DNA of 60,244 nucleotides, filler included, from Deltaproteobacteria bacterium (GTDB lineage: Bacteria; Myxococcota; JACRCW01), in the NCBI GenBank assembly GCA_016218805.1. It is 3 parts of 3 records of this genome, joined end to end, with 100 filler letters (N's around TTAATTAATTAA, not from the genome) between each part and the next. Parts side by side here need not be neighbours in the genome. Positions count along the whole stretch, not along the records: positions 28,695 to 41,592 come from JACRCW010000027.1; positions 41,693 to 60,244 come from JACRCW010000138.1; 1 more part is not named here. One strand, 5' to 3'. Below are positions 39,203 through 47,691 of this stretch, piece by piece. Under the pieces are notes generated by a model that worked only from the letters and a program-made list of their open reading frames with translations, had not been told where the DNA came from and did no database searches. Within the stretch, counting starts at the first letter, position 1. Each line of letters opens with the position of its first letter. The translations under genes and the position numbers were made by a program.

Positions 39203-40162
39203 TCAGGCGGGCTCTTCGGCCCAAAGAGCGGCGCCCAGCAGCACCAGACCTATCCACACAGCATCCGCCACCAGCAGGTGGATCAGCTGCATCCACACGG
39301 GGGCCAGCAGCAGCACGTTGAGAATCCCGCCCGCCACCTGCAGGCAGGTGACGCCCGTGACGACGACCCCCACGCGCCGCGCCAGCGGACGGCGGGGCAG
39401 CATCCACGCTGCGGCCACGGTGGCGATGGCGATCACCGCAGCGAGCCCGGGATGGAGGATGCGCAGGCGCACCAGCAGGCTGGCGGTGGGGGACAGGTCC
39501 ATGGCGATCCCCTCCTGCAGGCTGCGCGCGGGGTACAGCGTGTCACCCAGGGCAGCCACGGCGCCGCTGACGCCCAGCAGCATGACGCCGCCCAGCACGG
39601 CCAGGATGAGGGCGTTGGCGGGGCGGCTGCGGCGTGACGGCGGCGGTGCCCCGGCAAGCCACCACGCGGTGAGCGCCAGGCAGGCAAGCAGCAGGAAGGT
39701 ATTGACCAGATGGACGGCCATGAACATGGCGCGGGCCATGGACTCGTTGTCGGCCACCAGGCGGAACAGGACGAGCAGCGCGCCGACGGCGGCCTCGGTG
39801 ATCATGAAGAACAGCGTGCCAGCGGCGGCGGCGCGCGCGGGGTGGCCGCGGGGCACGCGGCGCCGCACCCAGGCAAACAGCGCCACCACGGCGAGAAACG
39901 CGACGCCGCTGGTGATGCGGTGGGTGAACTCAATGAGGGTCTTGACGGAGGGATCCCGCGGGATCACCTGGCCATTGCAGGTGGGCCAATGTTCACCGCA
40001 GCCGGCGCCGGATCCGGTGGCGCGCACATACGCGCCCCACAGGATCACGGCGATGTTCAGCGCCAGCACGCCCCACGCCAGGCCTGCCTCCCCCCGGCGG
40101 GGGGAGGTCGGCCGATGCGGAGCATCGGCCGGGTGGGGGGTGTGAGTCAGAGCGTCCGCCAC
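39203..40162 (-). CDS. ctaA: COX15/CtaA family heme A synthase-like membrane protein
   Basis: GAYVRATGSGAGCGEHWPTCNG and IEFTHR motifs, conserved His residues, about 8 TM segments; start uncertain. Confidence 0.82.
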   Translation of the reverse strand: MADALTHTPHPADAPHRPTSPRRGEAGLAWGVLALNIAVILWGAYVRATGSGAGCGEHWPTCNGQVIPRDPSVKTLIEFTHRITSGVAFLAVVALFAWVRRRVPRGHPARAAAAGTLFFMITEAAVGALLVLFRLVADNESMARAMFMAVHLVNTFLLLACLALTAWWLAGAPPPSRRSRPANALILAVLGGVMLLGVSGAVAALGDTLYPARSLQEGIAMDLSPTASLLVRLRILHPGLAAVIAIATVAAAWMLPRRPLARRVGVVVTGVTCLQVAGGILNVLLLAPVWMQLIHLLVADAVWIGLVLLGAALWAEEPA

Positions 40163-40208
40163 GCGGGGCGCTTGTAGTGAAGGCGGGGCGGCCCCACAAA
40201 CGGCGGGA

Positions 40209-40574
40209 TCAGGCCGTGCGCACGGGAATCTGGCGCGGCTTGAGGCTCTCCTGCTTGGGCAGGTGGACGGTGAGCACCCCGTCCTTGAGTTCCGCGGCGA
40301 TCTTGGCTGCGTCCACGCCACCGGGCATCACAAACGTGCGGGTCCACTCGTGGTCCAGCGCGTCGTCGCCGCGGGCGCTGAAGCGGCCCACCAGCGCCAG
40401 CGTGTTCTTCTCAAACTGCACGTCCACGTCCTCCTGCCGGACGCCGGGGAAGTCCGCGCGGATGAGAAACTCCTCGCGGTTCTCCAGCACGTCCACGGGC
40501 GGCACCAGCGCGGTGCGGCGCGCCATGCGTTCCGGCCGGGTCTCGGTGGTTTCCTGCTTCTGCATCGTCGTCAT
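40209..40574 (-). CDS. Hsp20/alpha-crystallin small heat-shock protein
   Basis: PPVDVLE, ADFPGV and AELKDGVLTVHLPK motifs; AAGGAG SD. Confidence 0.93.
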   Translation of the reverse strand: MTTMQKQETTETRPERMARRTALVPPVDVLENREEFLIRADFPGVRQEDVDVQFEKNTLALVGRFSARGDDALDHEWTRTFVMPGGVDAAKIAAELKDGVLTVHLPKQESLKPRQIPVRTA

Positions 40575-40612
40575 GGTTGCGTCTCCTTGAGCAGTGGGGT
40601 CGGGAAGTGGGG

Positions 40613-41056
40613 TCACTCGGCGCGCACGCGGATCTGGCGCGGCTGGGCTTCAGCGGCCTTGGGCAGCGTGAGCGTGAGCACGCCCTGCTTCACCATGGCG
40701 GTGGCCTTCTCCGCGTCCACGCGCGTGTTGAGCGCGTAACTGCGGGAGAAGCGCGCGGTGCCGCGCTCCTGGCGGTGCACCTGGTAGCCCGGCGGCACGG
40801 CGGTCTTGCGCTCGCCGCTGAGCGTCACCACGTCCTGGTTGAGCGTGACGGTGACGTCCTTCTCGCCCAGCCCGGGGATCTCCGCCCGGATCACCAGTGC
40901 GCCGCCCTTGTCCTCCACGGTGGTGCGCGGCCAGCCGGCGTACGTCCCGTCCACCGTGGCGTCGTCCTCGTACTGGTCCCACAGCTCGTCCATGCGGCGG
41001 CGGAATTCGTTGAGCATGGGGGTCATCCGGTCCAATTCAGCAAAGCTCCTCAGCAT
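40613..41056 (-). CDS. Hsp20/alpha-crystallin small heat-shock protein
   Basis: AEIPG, RQERGTARFSRS and GVLTLTLPK motifs; GGAGGGAG SD. Confidence 0.93.
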   Translation of the reverse strand: MLRSFAELDRMTPMLNEFRRRMDELWDQYEDDATVDGTYAGWPRTTVEDKGGALVIRAEIPGLGEKDVTVTLNQDVVTLSGERKTAVPPGYQVHRQERGTARFSRSYALNTRVDAEKATAMVKQGVLTLTLPKAAEAQPRQIRVRAE

Positions 41057-41140
41057 GATGGTCTCCCTCCGCAGGCCTGATCCGGGCCCGCGCGCGTTTC
41101 CGGCCACCCCCGGGGGGGGCGGCGGCGTCTGTGGAAAATC

Positions 41141-41181
41141 CTGACGGCGCCTCAAGTAAGCACCCGCCTACAGGTGTCAAG
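41141..41181 (-). promoter_or_regulatory. putative promoter/operator of the hsp20 pair
   Basis: Minus strand TTGACA (41180-41175)-16 nt-TACTTG, overlapping the imperfect palindrome CTTGA-ggcgccg-TCAGG. Confidence 0.4.
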
Positions 41182-41515
41182 AACCGCCCCGCGCAGGGTC
41201 TCCCGGCGTGCTCCCGGGTCCGGTTCCGCGGGTCCATTCGTCGACGACACCAACCCCCGGGGGCGCCGCGGGCTTGACAGGGGTGGAAAGGGGCTTGCCC
41301 GGCCCGGGTACCCTCTTGTAGGGTGCCGCGCCCTGTGGGTCAGGGCCGCCGGTTGGCGGTGAAACTCCCACGGAGGTGGGTGGTATTTAACTGCGGAGTG
41401 ATTTTCTGCTTGGCAGTCCCCGTCCACATGCATTAGGTTCCGCGCCCGGTTTCTGGTGTTGGAGCTAGGAACAACCAAAGATGGGGCCAGAGGCCCCGCA
41501 AACAGGAGGAAGTTG

Positions 41516-41592
41516 ATGTTCAGCGCGATGGCGAAGACTGTTGTTGCTGGTGCGGCCCTCTCCCTGGCGCTCAGCGCCTTGGCCCCGGCGGC
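41516..41592 (+). CDS. 5' end of a secreted protein gene, truncated by the contig end
   Basis: AGGAGG SD, then signal-peptide-like MFSAMAKTVVAGAALSLALSALAPA. Confidence 0.65.
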
Positions 41593-41692
41593 NNNNNNNN
41601 NNNNNNNNNNNNNNNNNNNNNNNNNNNNNNNNNNNNTTAATTAATTAANNNNNNNNNNNNNNNNNNNNNNNNNNNNNNNNNNNNNNNNNNNN
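41593..41692. other. artificial contig linker
   Basis: 44 N + TTAATTAATTAA + 44 N. Confidence 0.98.
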
Positions 41693-41694
41693 CG

Positions 41695-42465
41695 GGGACC
41701 GCGCTGGCGCTGGCGCGCTGGCAGGGCAGCGCGGGGGCACCGGTGGTGGCCGGGGCCGCGCTGGCGGCGGCCGGCGGCGCGCTGGCGGGCGCCCTGCTGG
41801 GAGGGACCGCCTGGCTGCTGGCGCGCGAACTGGGGGCCCGCGCGCTGGTGGCGTGGACCTGGGAACACGTGCACCCCACCCCCGCCGCGGGCGCCCCGCC
41901 GCCGCCCGCGCGGCCGCTGGACCCGGACCGCCGCGGACGGTTTCTGGCGGTGGTGGCCGCCGGCCGGCTGGCGGACGCGGCGTGGTGGGACGCGGTGCCG
42001 GTGGTGGGGCCGTGGTTGGGCGCCGCGGCCACGCGCCGGGCGCTGAAGGAGGACCTCTACGCCGCGCGCGAACTCGCCGGCATGCCGCGCATTGTGGACA
42101 CGCTGCAGCGGGAGGTGGACGCCGTGGCGTGGGCGCGGGCGGCGGCGGCCTCCAGCGCATGGGTGCTGCTGCCCGCCGCGGCGGGCCTGGCGGCGGCCGG
42201 CGGGCTGTTGCTGGGTGCGGGGCCCGGTGCGTTGCCCGCATGGGCCTGGGCCGCGGGGTGGGGCGGGCTGGCGGCGGGTGCGGGGGTGGCCCTGGCCGCG
42301 GCGGCGGCGGCGTGGGGGACCGCGTTGCTGCTGGAGGCGCTGGCGCCGTGGTGGCTGGCGCGCGCGGCCGCGGCGGGTGGGGTCACGCCCAGCCTGGACC
42401 GGCGGCTCACGGCTGGGCGGCAGGCGCCTCGTCCGCGGGCGGGGTGGGGCGGCCGCGGAGTTTGA
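41695..42465 (+). CDS. Ala/Gly/Leu-rich membrane protein (5'-partial)
   Basis: Open frame from the contig start with several hydrophobic segments and GC3 bias. Confidence 0.6.
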   Translation, partial: GTALALARWQGSAGAPVVAGAALAAAGGALAGALLGGTAWLLARELGARALVAWTWEHVHPTPAAGAPPPPARPLDPDRRGRFLAVVAAGRLADAAWWDAVPVVGPWLGAAATRRALKEDLYAARELAGMPRIVDTLQREVDAVAWARAAAASSAWVLLPAAAGLAAAGGLLLGAGPGALPAWAWAAGWGGLAAGAGVALAAAAAAWGTALLLEALAPWWLARAAAAGGVTPSLDRRLTAGRQAPRPRAGWGGRGV

Positions 42466-43099
42466 TCTCAAACAGCTCCTGCTGCGTCACCAGCACGCCC
42501 TCCACCTCCATGCGGTACTGGTACTTGCCGTCCACCGGGAAGTTGAGCTCCGGGTAGTCCACCACGTGGTCCAGCGCCTTCTTCCCGGCAAAGTCCACCA
42601 TCTCGTCAGACTGGGCCACCAGGCGCCCCTTGGGCGTCACAATCTTGAAGGTCACCGCCACCGTGCGCCCGCGGTTGCTCTCCAGGTGCGCGCACACGCT
42701 GAACGGCTGCAGGATGAACGGCAGGTCCGGCGCGGTGAGGGACTTCACCTCCTGTCCCGCCTTGGGCTTCACGCACCCCTGCCCCGCAATCATGATCTTG
42801 GGCGCCACAAACAACCCCTTCATGGTCACCGCACCATCCAACTCCTGCACCTCGGTGCGCGGCGCCAAGTCCTCCTGCTGCACGTTCTGCTTCTTCATGC
42901 CCTTGAACGCGTCGTCCAGGTCATTCTTCTTGCCCTTGTGGGCGTCCTTCCCAAAGTCACCCAGGAAGTCCGCCGCGGTGGGCGCCGCCGGCTCCTTCTT
43001 CTTCTCCTTGGCGGCGGGTGCCGCCCCCGCCGCCGTGACCGCCAGGACCACCACCGCGCCCGCCACCAGCCCCGCGCGCCACGACGGAATCCTCCGCAT
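42407..43099 (-). CDS. secreted hypothetical protein with C-terminal beta-sandwich-like region
   Basis: Signal peptide MRRIPSW...AAGA; Lys-rich linker; FPVDGKYQYRMEVEG. Confidence 0.75.
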   Translation of the reverse strand: MRRIPSWRAGLVAGAVVVLAVTAAGAAPAAKEKKKEPAAPTAADFLGDFGKDAHKGKKNDLDDAFKGMKKQNVQQEDLAPRTEVQELDGAVTMKGLFVAPKIMIAGQGCVKPKAGQEVKSLTAPDLPFILQPFSVCAHLESNRGRTVAVTFKIVTPKGRLVAQSDEMVDFAGKKALDHVVDYPELNFPVDGKYQYRMEVEGVLVTQQELFEIKLRGRPTPPADEAPAAQP

Positions 43100-43155
43100 G
43101 TCCCGACCCGCCTTCCCCGCGGCCCCACGCCGCGTTGGCAAGCATACTCCCGGCC

Positions 43156-44094
43156 TCACCGCTGCGCCTTGCGGGCCGCCTCCACCAGCGTGGCCAGCGC
43201 ATCCAGCGCGGTGACGGGCGCTTCCCGGACTTCGCCCTGCTCGCTGTAGGTGGGGACCGGCAGGTCCGCGGGCGCCTCCAACCGCGGCGGCGGCGGCGCG
43301 GCCGCCACCTGCTTGGCCCCTGCCAATGACGACGCCTGCGCCAGGTACGGCCCCATGTTGGCACTGCCCTGGCCCAGCATCTCCATGGGCACCGGCAGCA
43401 CCACCGTGGTGTTCTGGTTGACGCTGACCTCCACCAGCGTCTGGTACAGCCGCAGCTGCATGGCGCCGGGGTGCACCGCCATCACCTCCGCCGCGGCGGC
43501 CAGCGTGCGCGCTGCCTGCTCTTCGCCCTGCGCGGCAATCACCTTGGCGCGGCGCTCGCGCTCCGCCTCCGCCTGCCGGGCCATGGCGCGCTTCATCTCC
43601 TGCGGCAGCACAATGTCCCGCAGCTCCACCGCGCTGATCTCCACGCCCCACTGCTCGGTGCGCTGGTCCAGGATGCTGCGAATCTCCTCATTGATCTTGT
43701 CCCGCTTGGAGAGGATCTCATCCAGGTCCATCCGCCCCAGCACGCCGCGCAGCGTGGTGGACGCCAGCTGCATGGTGGCGTCCAGGTACTCCTCCACCGC
43801 CAGCACCGCTTCCTTGGGCGCCTTCACGTCGGCGTAGACCACCGCATCCACCTTGATGCTGATGTTGTCCGCCGTGATGATCTCCTGCGGCTGGATGGGA
43901 ATGGCCTTGATGCGGATGTCCACCACCTTCATGCGGTCCATGCCCAGCGGCAGCAGGAACGCTACCCCCGGCCCCGCCATCTCCTTGCGCGCCCGCCCCA
44001 GGCGGAACACCACGCCGCGTTCGTACTCACGCAGAATGCGGAACCCGGTAAGGACCGTGACGCCAACACCAATGAGCAGAGCTTCCAGGATCAT
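43156..44094 (-). CDS. SPFH/stomatin (slipin) family protein
   Basis: EYERGVVFRLG, TTLRGVLG, AMARQAEAERERRAKVIAA and AMQLR motifs; GGAGGT SD. Confidence 0.93.
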   Translation of the reverse strand: MILEALLIGVGVTVLTGFRILREYERGVVFRLGRARKEMAGPGVAFLLPLGMDRMKVVDIRIKAIPIQPQEIITADNISIKVDAVVYADVKAPKEAVLAVEEYLDATMQLASTTLRGVLGRMDLDEILSKRDKINEEIRSILDQRTEQWGVEISAVELRDIVLPQEMKRAMARQAEAERERRAKVIAAQGEEQAARTLAAAAEVMAVHPGAMQLRLYQTLVEVSVNQNTTVVLPVPMEMLGQGSANMGPYLAQASSLAGAKQVAAAPPPPRLEAPADLPVPTYSEQGEVREAPVTALDALATLVEAARKAQR

Positions 44095-44309
44095 GCCGCC
44101 ACCTCCCGTGAGGACCGGCAGCCTAGTACCGCTCCCCGGGGAAAGGTGCTTGTGGGCGGGCTTCTGCGCCGCGGGCGCCACGGCGCCGTGGAATGGAGCC
44201 GCAGAGGGGCCCACGGGTTTTCCGCGCGCTCCTTGTAGGGCGGGGCTGGGAAGGACGCCCGCCTTCCCCGGAACACCCCAGCCCCGCCGGGCAGCGTCCG
44301 CACCGGCGG

Positions 44310-44431
44310 ATGAGCAGGCGCAGAACTTGGGCCGGGCTGGGCTTGGGAAGGTGGTGGAATCGGTCGCGTGTGTGTCGGGCGGCCGCACCGGTTGGGATAG
44401 GACGCCCTCCCTCCGCGGAAGGTGTCACACC
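44310..44431 (+). repeat. ~120-bp non-coding direct repeat, copy 1
   Basis: First 61 nt match copy 2 (47509 onward) at 58/61; similarity continues with small indels to ...gaaggtgtcaca. Confidence 0.9.
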
Positions 44432-44437
44432 AGCCCA

Positions 44438-44953
44438 TCAGCCGTTGGCGGGGGGGATGCCCGGGGGCGCCTTGGTGCCGCGGCTCGCGCGCGTCTTGAT
44501 GAACTCCGCCAGGAACGCAAACCGCTCCGCAAGCTCCGGGTGGTCGTCCGCCATCGCCCTGGCCAGTTCGTGGACCTTCAGGCACGTGCGCCAGACCTTG
44601 TCGTCGTAGGCCACCCGGGCGCCGCCCGCTTTGGCCAGGTCACGCGCCAGGCGTTCCTCGTCCTTCTGCAGCGCACTCGAATGCCCCAGCATCTCCTTCA
44701 TCTGGGCAGGCGTCAGCCCCAGCCGCGGCAGCACGTCAGCCATCTCAATGACGCCGTCCACCACCAGCGCTGCGCACTCCTCGTAATCGCGCGGCGGGTA
44801 GACCGGGTTGGCGGGCATCGGGACGATGGGCGCGCTGAACCCCGAGTTCGTGCGCGCCACCGCCGCCCCCTTTGCCGGGCGCTTCGTCCGCGCCATGGGT
44901 CCCCGCCGGGACACCTTCTTCTTGGCCACTTTCTTCTTCTTCTTCACCGCCAT
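44438..44953 (-). CDS. hypothetical 171-aa protein with Lys/Arg-rich N-terminus and helical core
   Basis: Strong GGAGGAG SD, MAVKKKKKVAKKKVSRR start, high GC3. Confidence 0.85.
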   Translation of the reverse strand: MAVKKKKKVAKKKVSRRGPMARTKRPAKGAAVARTNSGFSAPIVPMPANPVYPPRDYEECAALVVDGVIEMADVLPRLGLTPAQMKEMLGHSSALQKDEERLARDLAKAGGARVAYDDKVWRTCLKVHELARAMADDHPELAERFAFLAEFIKTRASRGTKAPPGIPPANG

Positions 44954-45031
44954 GGTCTCCTCCATTGGGCTGCATCCGTGCAGCAGGACCCTCATACACC
45001 ATCTCCCCCGTGGTGGGACCCCCCCGATCGG

Positions 45032-45237
45032 GGGGTCTCACCCCCTCAGGCATGGGGTCTCACCCCATCGGGTAGGGGATCACACCCCCTCGGGCAGGGG
45101 GTCACACCCCATCGGGCAGGGGGTCACACCCCATCGGGCAGGGGGTCACACCCCCTCGGGCATGGGGTCACACCCCCTCGGGCAGGGGGTCACACCCCCT
45201 CGGGCAGGGGGTCACACCCCCTCGGGCATGGGGTCTA
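45032..45237. repeat. tandem array of nine 22-bp palindromic units
   Basis: Units start at 45032, 45054, 45076, 45098, 45120, 45142, 45164, 45186 and 45208; consensus GGGGTCACACCCC(C/A)TCGGGCA(G/T). Confidence 0.97.
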
Positions 45238-47181
45238 CCGGCCGCGCCGCCGCCACCGGACCACCAGGCCCAGGAACAGCATGTACCCCAGCACGTTCGT
45301 GTCGGCGCAGTAGGAGTAGGTCTGGGTGGCCGCGCACGCCGCCTCCAGGCACACGCCGTCGGAACACGTGGCGCCGGCCGCGCACTGCTCGGACACTTCG
45401 CAGGACGCGCCGAGCGCCAGGCGCACCTGGCACACCGCACCGCCGTCTCCCCAACCGCAGTACGCCTCCGGCACGCAGCCTCCCTGGGACCCGCACGCCT
45501 GGCCCAGTGACCGCAGCGGGAGGCAGTGCAACTCGCTGCTGGCGTCGGGGTAGCCGCACCGGCTGTCGCGGCACTCGTAGTAGTAGCGGCAGGGTTCCCC
45601 CAGCGCGGGACCGGTCACGCACGTCCCCTCGCCCCCATCCCACGCGCACTGGAACCCCGGCGAGCACGCACCCATGCACGCATCCCCCGCCACGCCGCGC
45701 TCCGGGAGGTAGCAGCGGCCCACGCCGCCGTCGGTGGTCGCCGTGCACTGCGGGATGTCACCCACGTCCAGGTCGTAGCGGCACTGCGGCGGCACGTCCT
45801 GGCGCGCGCCGCACGCCTGCCCCAGGCGGGCGGGTGGCAGGCACGTTCCTTCGGTGGCGGACGCCGCCGGGCGCGCGCACGTGAAGCCCCACCGGCAGGT
45901 CCCCCGCGTCCCAAACGACGACGCCGGCGCCCGGCAGCCCGCTCCCACTTCGCCCGGGGCCTGGCACACCGGGGGATTGCCCGCGCACACCAGGCCGCCC
46001 CGGCAGTCATGCACGGGGTCCGCGCCGGACAGGTCATCCGTGCACGCCTCTCCCAGCGCCTTGCCCTGCACGCACGTCCCGTTGAAGCACACGCCCGGCG
46101 GGGCGCACCGGGCCGCGGTGCAGGGCTGGCCCACCAGGGCCGGCGCCGTGCAGGCGCCAGCGCCCCACGGCTCGGGCACGCGCGCACACAACAGGCACGC
46201 CTCGCATTCAGAATCACTGGTGCAGGTCTCACCCGCACCGGCCGGCGGGTGGCAGCGCCCGCCGCGACATACCAGCTCCTGCGCGCAATCCGTGGGCGCC
46301 TGGCAGCCCGCGTCCGCGCCCAGCCGGTCCCCGCATACGCCGCTGGAGCTGCACACCAGGCCCGTTTCACAGCTCTGCGCCGGCGGGTTGACCGCCTGGC
46401 AAGGTTGCCCGCGCGCGCCGGGCCGAATGCAGGTTCCCTCCGCCCCACTCCACGGCGCCGAGCAGGCCAGGCCCCGCGCGCACAGCCGGGCGCGCGGCAG
46501 GCCGCAGGGTTCGCCCTCCGTGGCGCTGGGGACGCAGTGCCCCTGGCAGCCCGCGCCGATGTCCACGCAGCTGGCGCCGCCGTCCCCGGGCGCGCATTCC
46601 ACGTGGTGCCCGCACGGCTCACCCAGCGGTTGCAGGCCGCGCACAAAGTCCAGGCACGCCGGCGGCAGGGTCAGCGCCAGCGCCCCCGCGGCCGCCGCCC
46701 GCTCCAGGAACGCCGCGTGGGAGCCGTCAGGCGCCAGTTCCGCCACGCCCAGGCGGTCGCACTCGGCCGCCAGCGGTGCGTCGTACGTCACGCGCCCGCG
46801 GTCCATCCCGTCCCGAATGACCTTCATGCTGGTCTGCCAATACCGGCGGTACGCTTCCACCTGGGTGTCGTCGGTTGGGGCGCCGTCGCACACCGCCTCC
46901 ACGAACCGCTCGTAGTCCACCAGCAGGGCTTCCGCGCGGGCCTCGTCGGACAGGGGCTGGAACCAGGGACAGGTCCCGGAGCGGCGGCTCTCCTCAAAGC
47001 CCAGGTAGGCAGCCTGGAACGCGGCCATCCCCACCGCGGTCTGCCGGCACAGCCCGTCCAGCGGGCTGCTGCCGCCCCCCGACGATGATGATGACGACGA
47101 GGTGCGCTCATCACCCGGGGCGCACGCTGCCCCGGACACCGCCGCCAACACGCACCACCCCACCCGCGCTGCCAGTCCCAT
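45235..47181 (-). CDS. Cys-rich repeat surface lipoprotein with C-terminal Cys-TM-Arg tail
   Basis: SGAAC lipobox, poly-Ser, many GxxC...C repeats; ends YCADTNVLGYMLFLGLVVRWRRRGR. Confidence 0.82.
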   Translation of the reverse strand: MGLAARVGWCVLAAVSGAACAPGDERTSSSSSSSGGGSSPLDGLCRQTAVGMAAFQAAYLGFEESRRSGTCPWFQPLSDEARAEALLVDYERFVEAVCDGAPTDDTQVEAYRRYWQTSMKVIRDGMDRGRVTYDAPLAAECDRLGVAELAPDGSHAAFLERAAAAGALALTLPPACLDFVRGLQPLGEPCGHHVECAPGDGGASCVDIGAGCQGHCVPSATEGEPCGLPRARLCARGLACSAPWSGAEGTCIRPGARGQPCQAVNPPAQSCETGLVCSSSGVCGDRLGADAGCQAPTDCAQELVCRGGRCHPPAGAGETCTSDSECEACLLCARVPEPWGAGACTAPALVGQPCTAARCAPPGVCFNGTCVQGKALGEACTDDLSGADPVHDCRGGLVCAGNPPVCQAPGEVGAGCRAPASSFGTRGTCRWGFTCARPAASATEGTCLPPARLGQACGARQDVPPQCRYDLDVGDIPQCTATTDGGVGRCYLPERGVAGDACMGACSPGFQCAWDGGEGTCVTGPALGEPCRYYYECRDSRCGYPDASSELHCLPLRSLGQACGSQGGCVPEAYCGWGDGGAVCQVRLALGASCEVSEQCAAGATCSDGVCLEAACAATQTYSYCADTNVLGYMLFLGLVVRWRRRGR

Positions 47182-47508
47182 GGGTCCCCCCGTCGCAAGA
47201 ATGGCGGCGGAGGCTAGGAGGCGCCCGGCTCGCCGTGCAAACGGGGCGGGGTGGTGGGTGCACACCAGAGCCGCAGGGCTCGGCTCCTGCTGCTCCTGCC
47301 GAGCCGCTTTGGTTGCGCGCGGCGCCAAACCGACCCACGGCACGGGGCTCGCCAGGAGGCGAGCCCTCCCGAACCGCAGGTCCACCGGTCTGGCTGGCTG
47401 GGTACGCACCCGGGGTGGGGCGGGAGGTGGACCGTCAGGTGGACATGACGGTGGCGGGGATGGCCCCAACCGCCCCCCGCTGCCCACGGGTCGCAGCGGC
47501 GCGGCATC

Positions 47509-47631
47509 ATGAGCAGGCGCAGGACTCGGGCCGGGCTGGGCTTGGGAGGGTGGTGGAATCGGTCGCGTGGTGTTGGGCGGCGGCCGCGCCGGTTGGGAAG
47601 GACGCCCCTCTCTCCGCGAAAAGTGTCTCAT
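47509..47631 (+). repeat. ~120-bp non-coding direct repeat, copy 2
   Basis: atgagcaggcgcag...ggtggtggaatcggtcgcgtg...aggacgccc...ctccgcg..aagtgtc aligns with 44310-44429. Confidence 0.9.
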
Positions 47632-47646
47632 TAAATGAGACACTTT
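47620..47646. promoter_or_regulatory. perfect AT-rich inverted repeat
   Basis: AAAGTGTCTCAT-TAA-ATGAGACACTTT (12-3-12); function unknown. Confidence 0.55.
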
Positions 47647-47691
47647 CCAGGGGGAACACGGGGTGGGCCGGCACACCGGCCGCCCGGTCAC

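Noticed and set aside
41057..41110. ROSE/RNA thermometer in the hsp20 leader
   Set aside because: A hairpin lies just upstream of the SD but does not clearly pair with it, and no ROSE U(U/C)GCU motif is seen.
44346..44370. tRNA-Leu-like sequence GGTGGTGGAATCGGT in both direct repeats
   Set aside because: It resembles a D-arm only; I could not build an anticodon stem, T-arm (GTTCRA) or acceptor stem.
45032..45237. CRISPR array
   Set aside because: The units are contiguous with only a near-constant 5-bp linker; there are no unique spacers and no cas genes.
44808..45884. ORFs reading through the 22-bp array
   Set aside because: The period is not a multiple of three and the translations are low-complexity (GSHPLG/GVTPPR) without codon bias; treated as non-coding.
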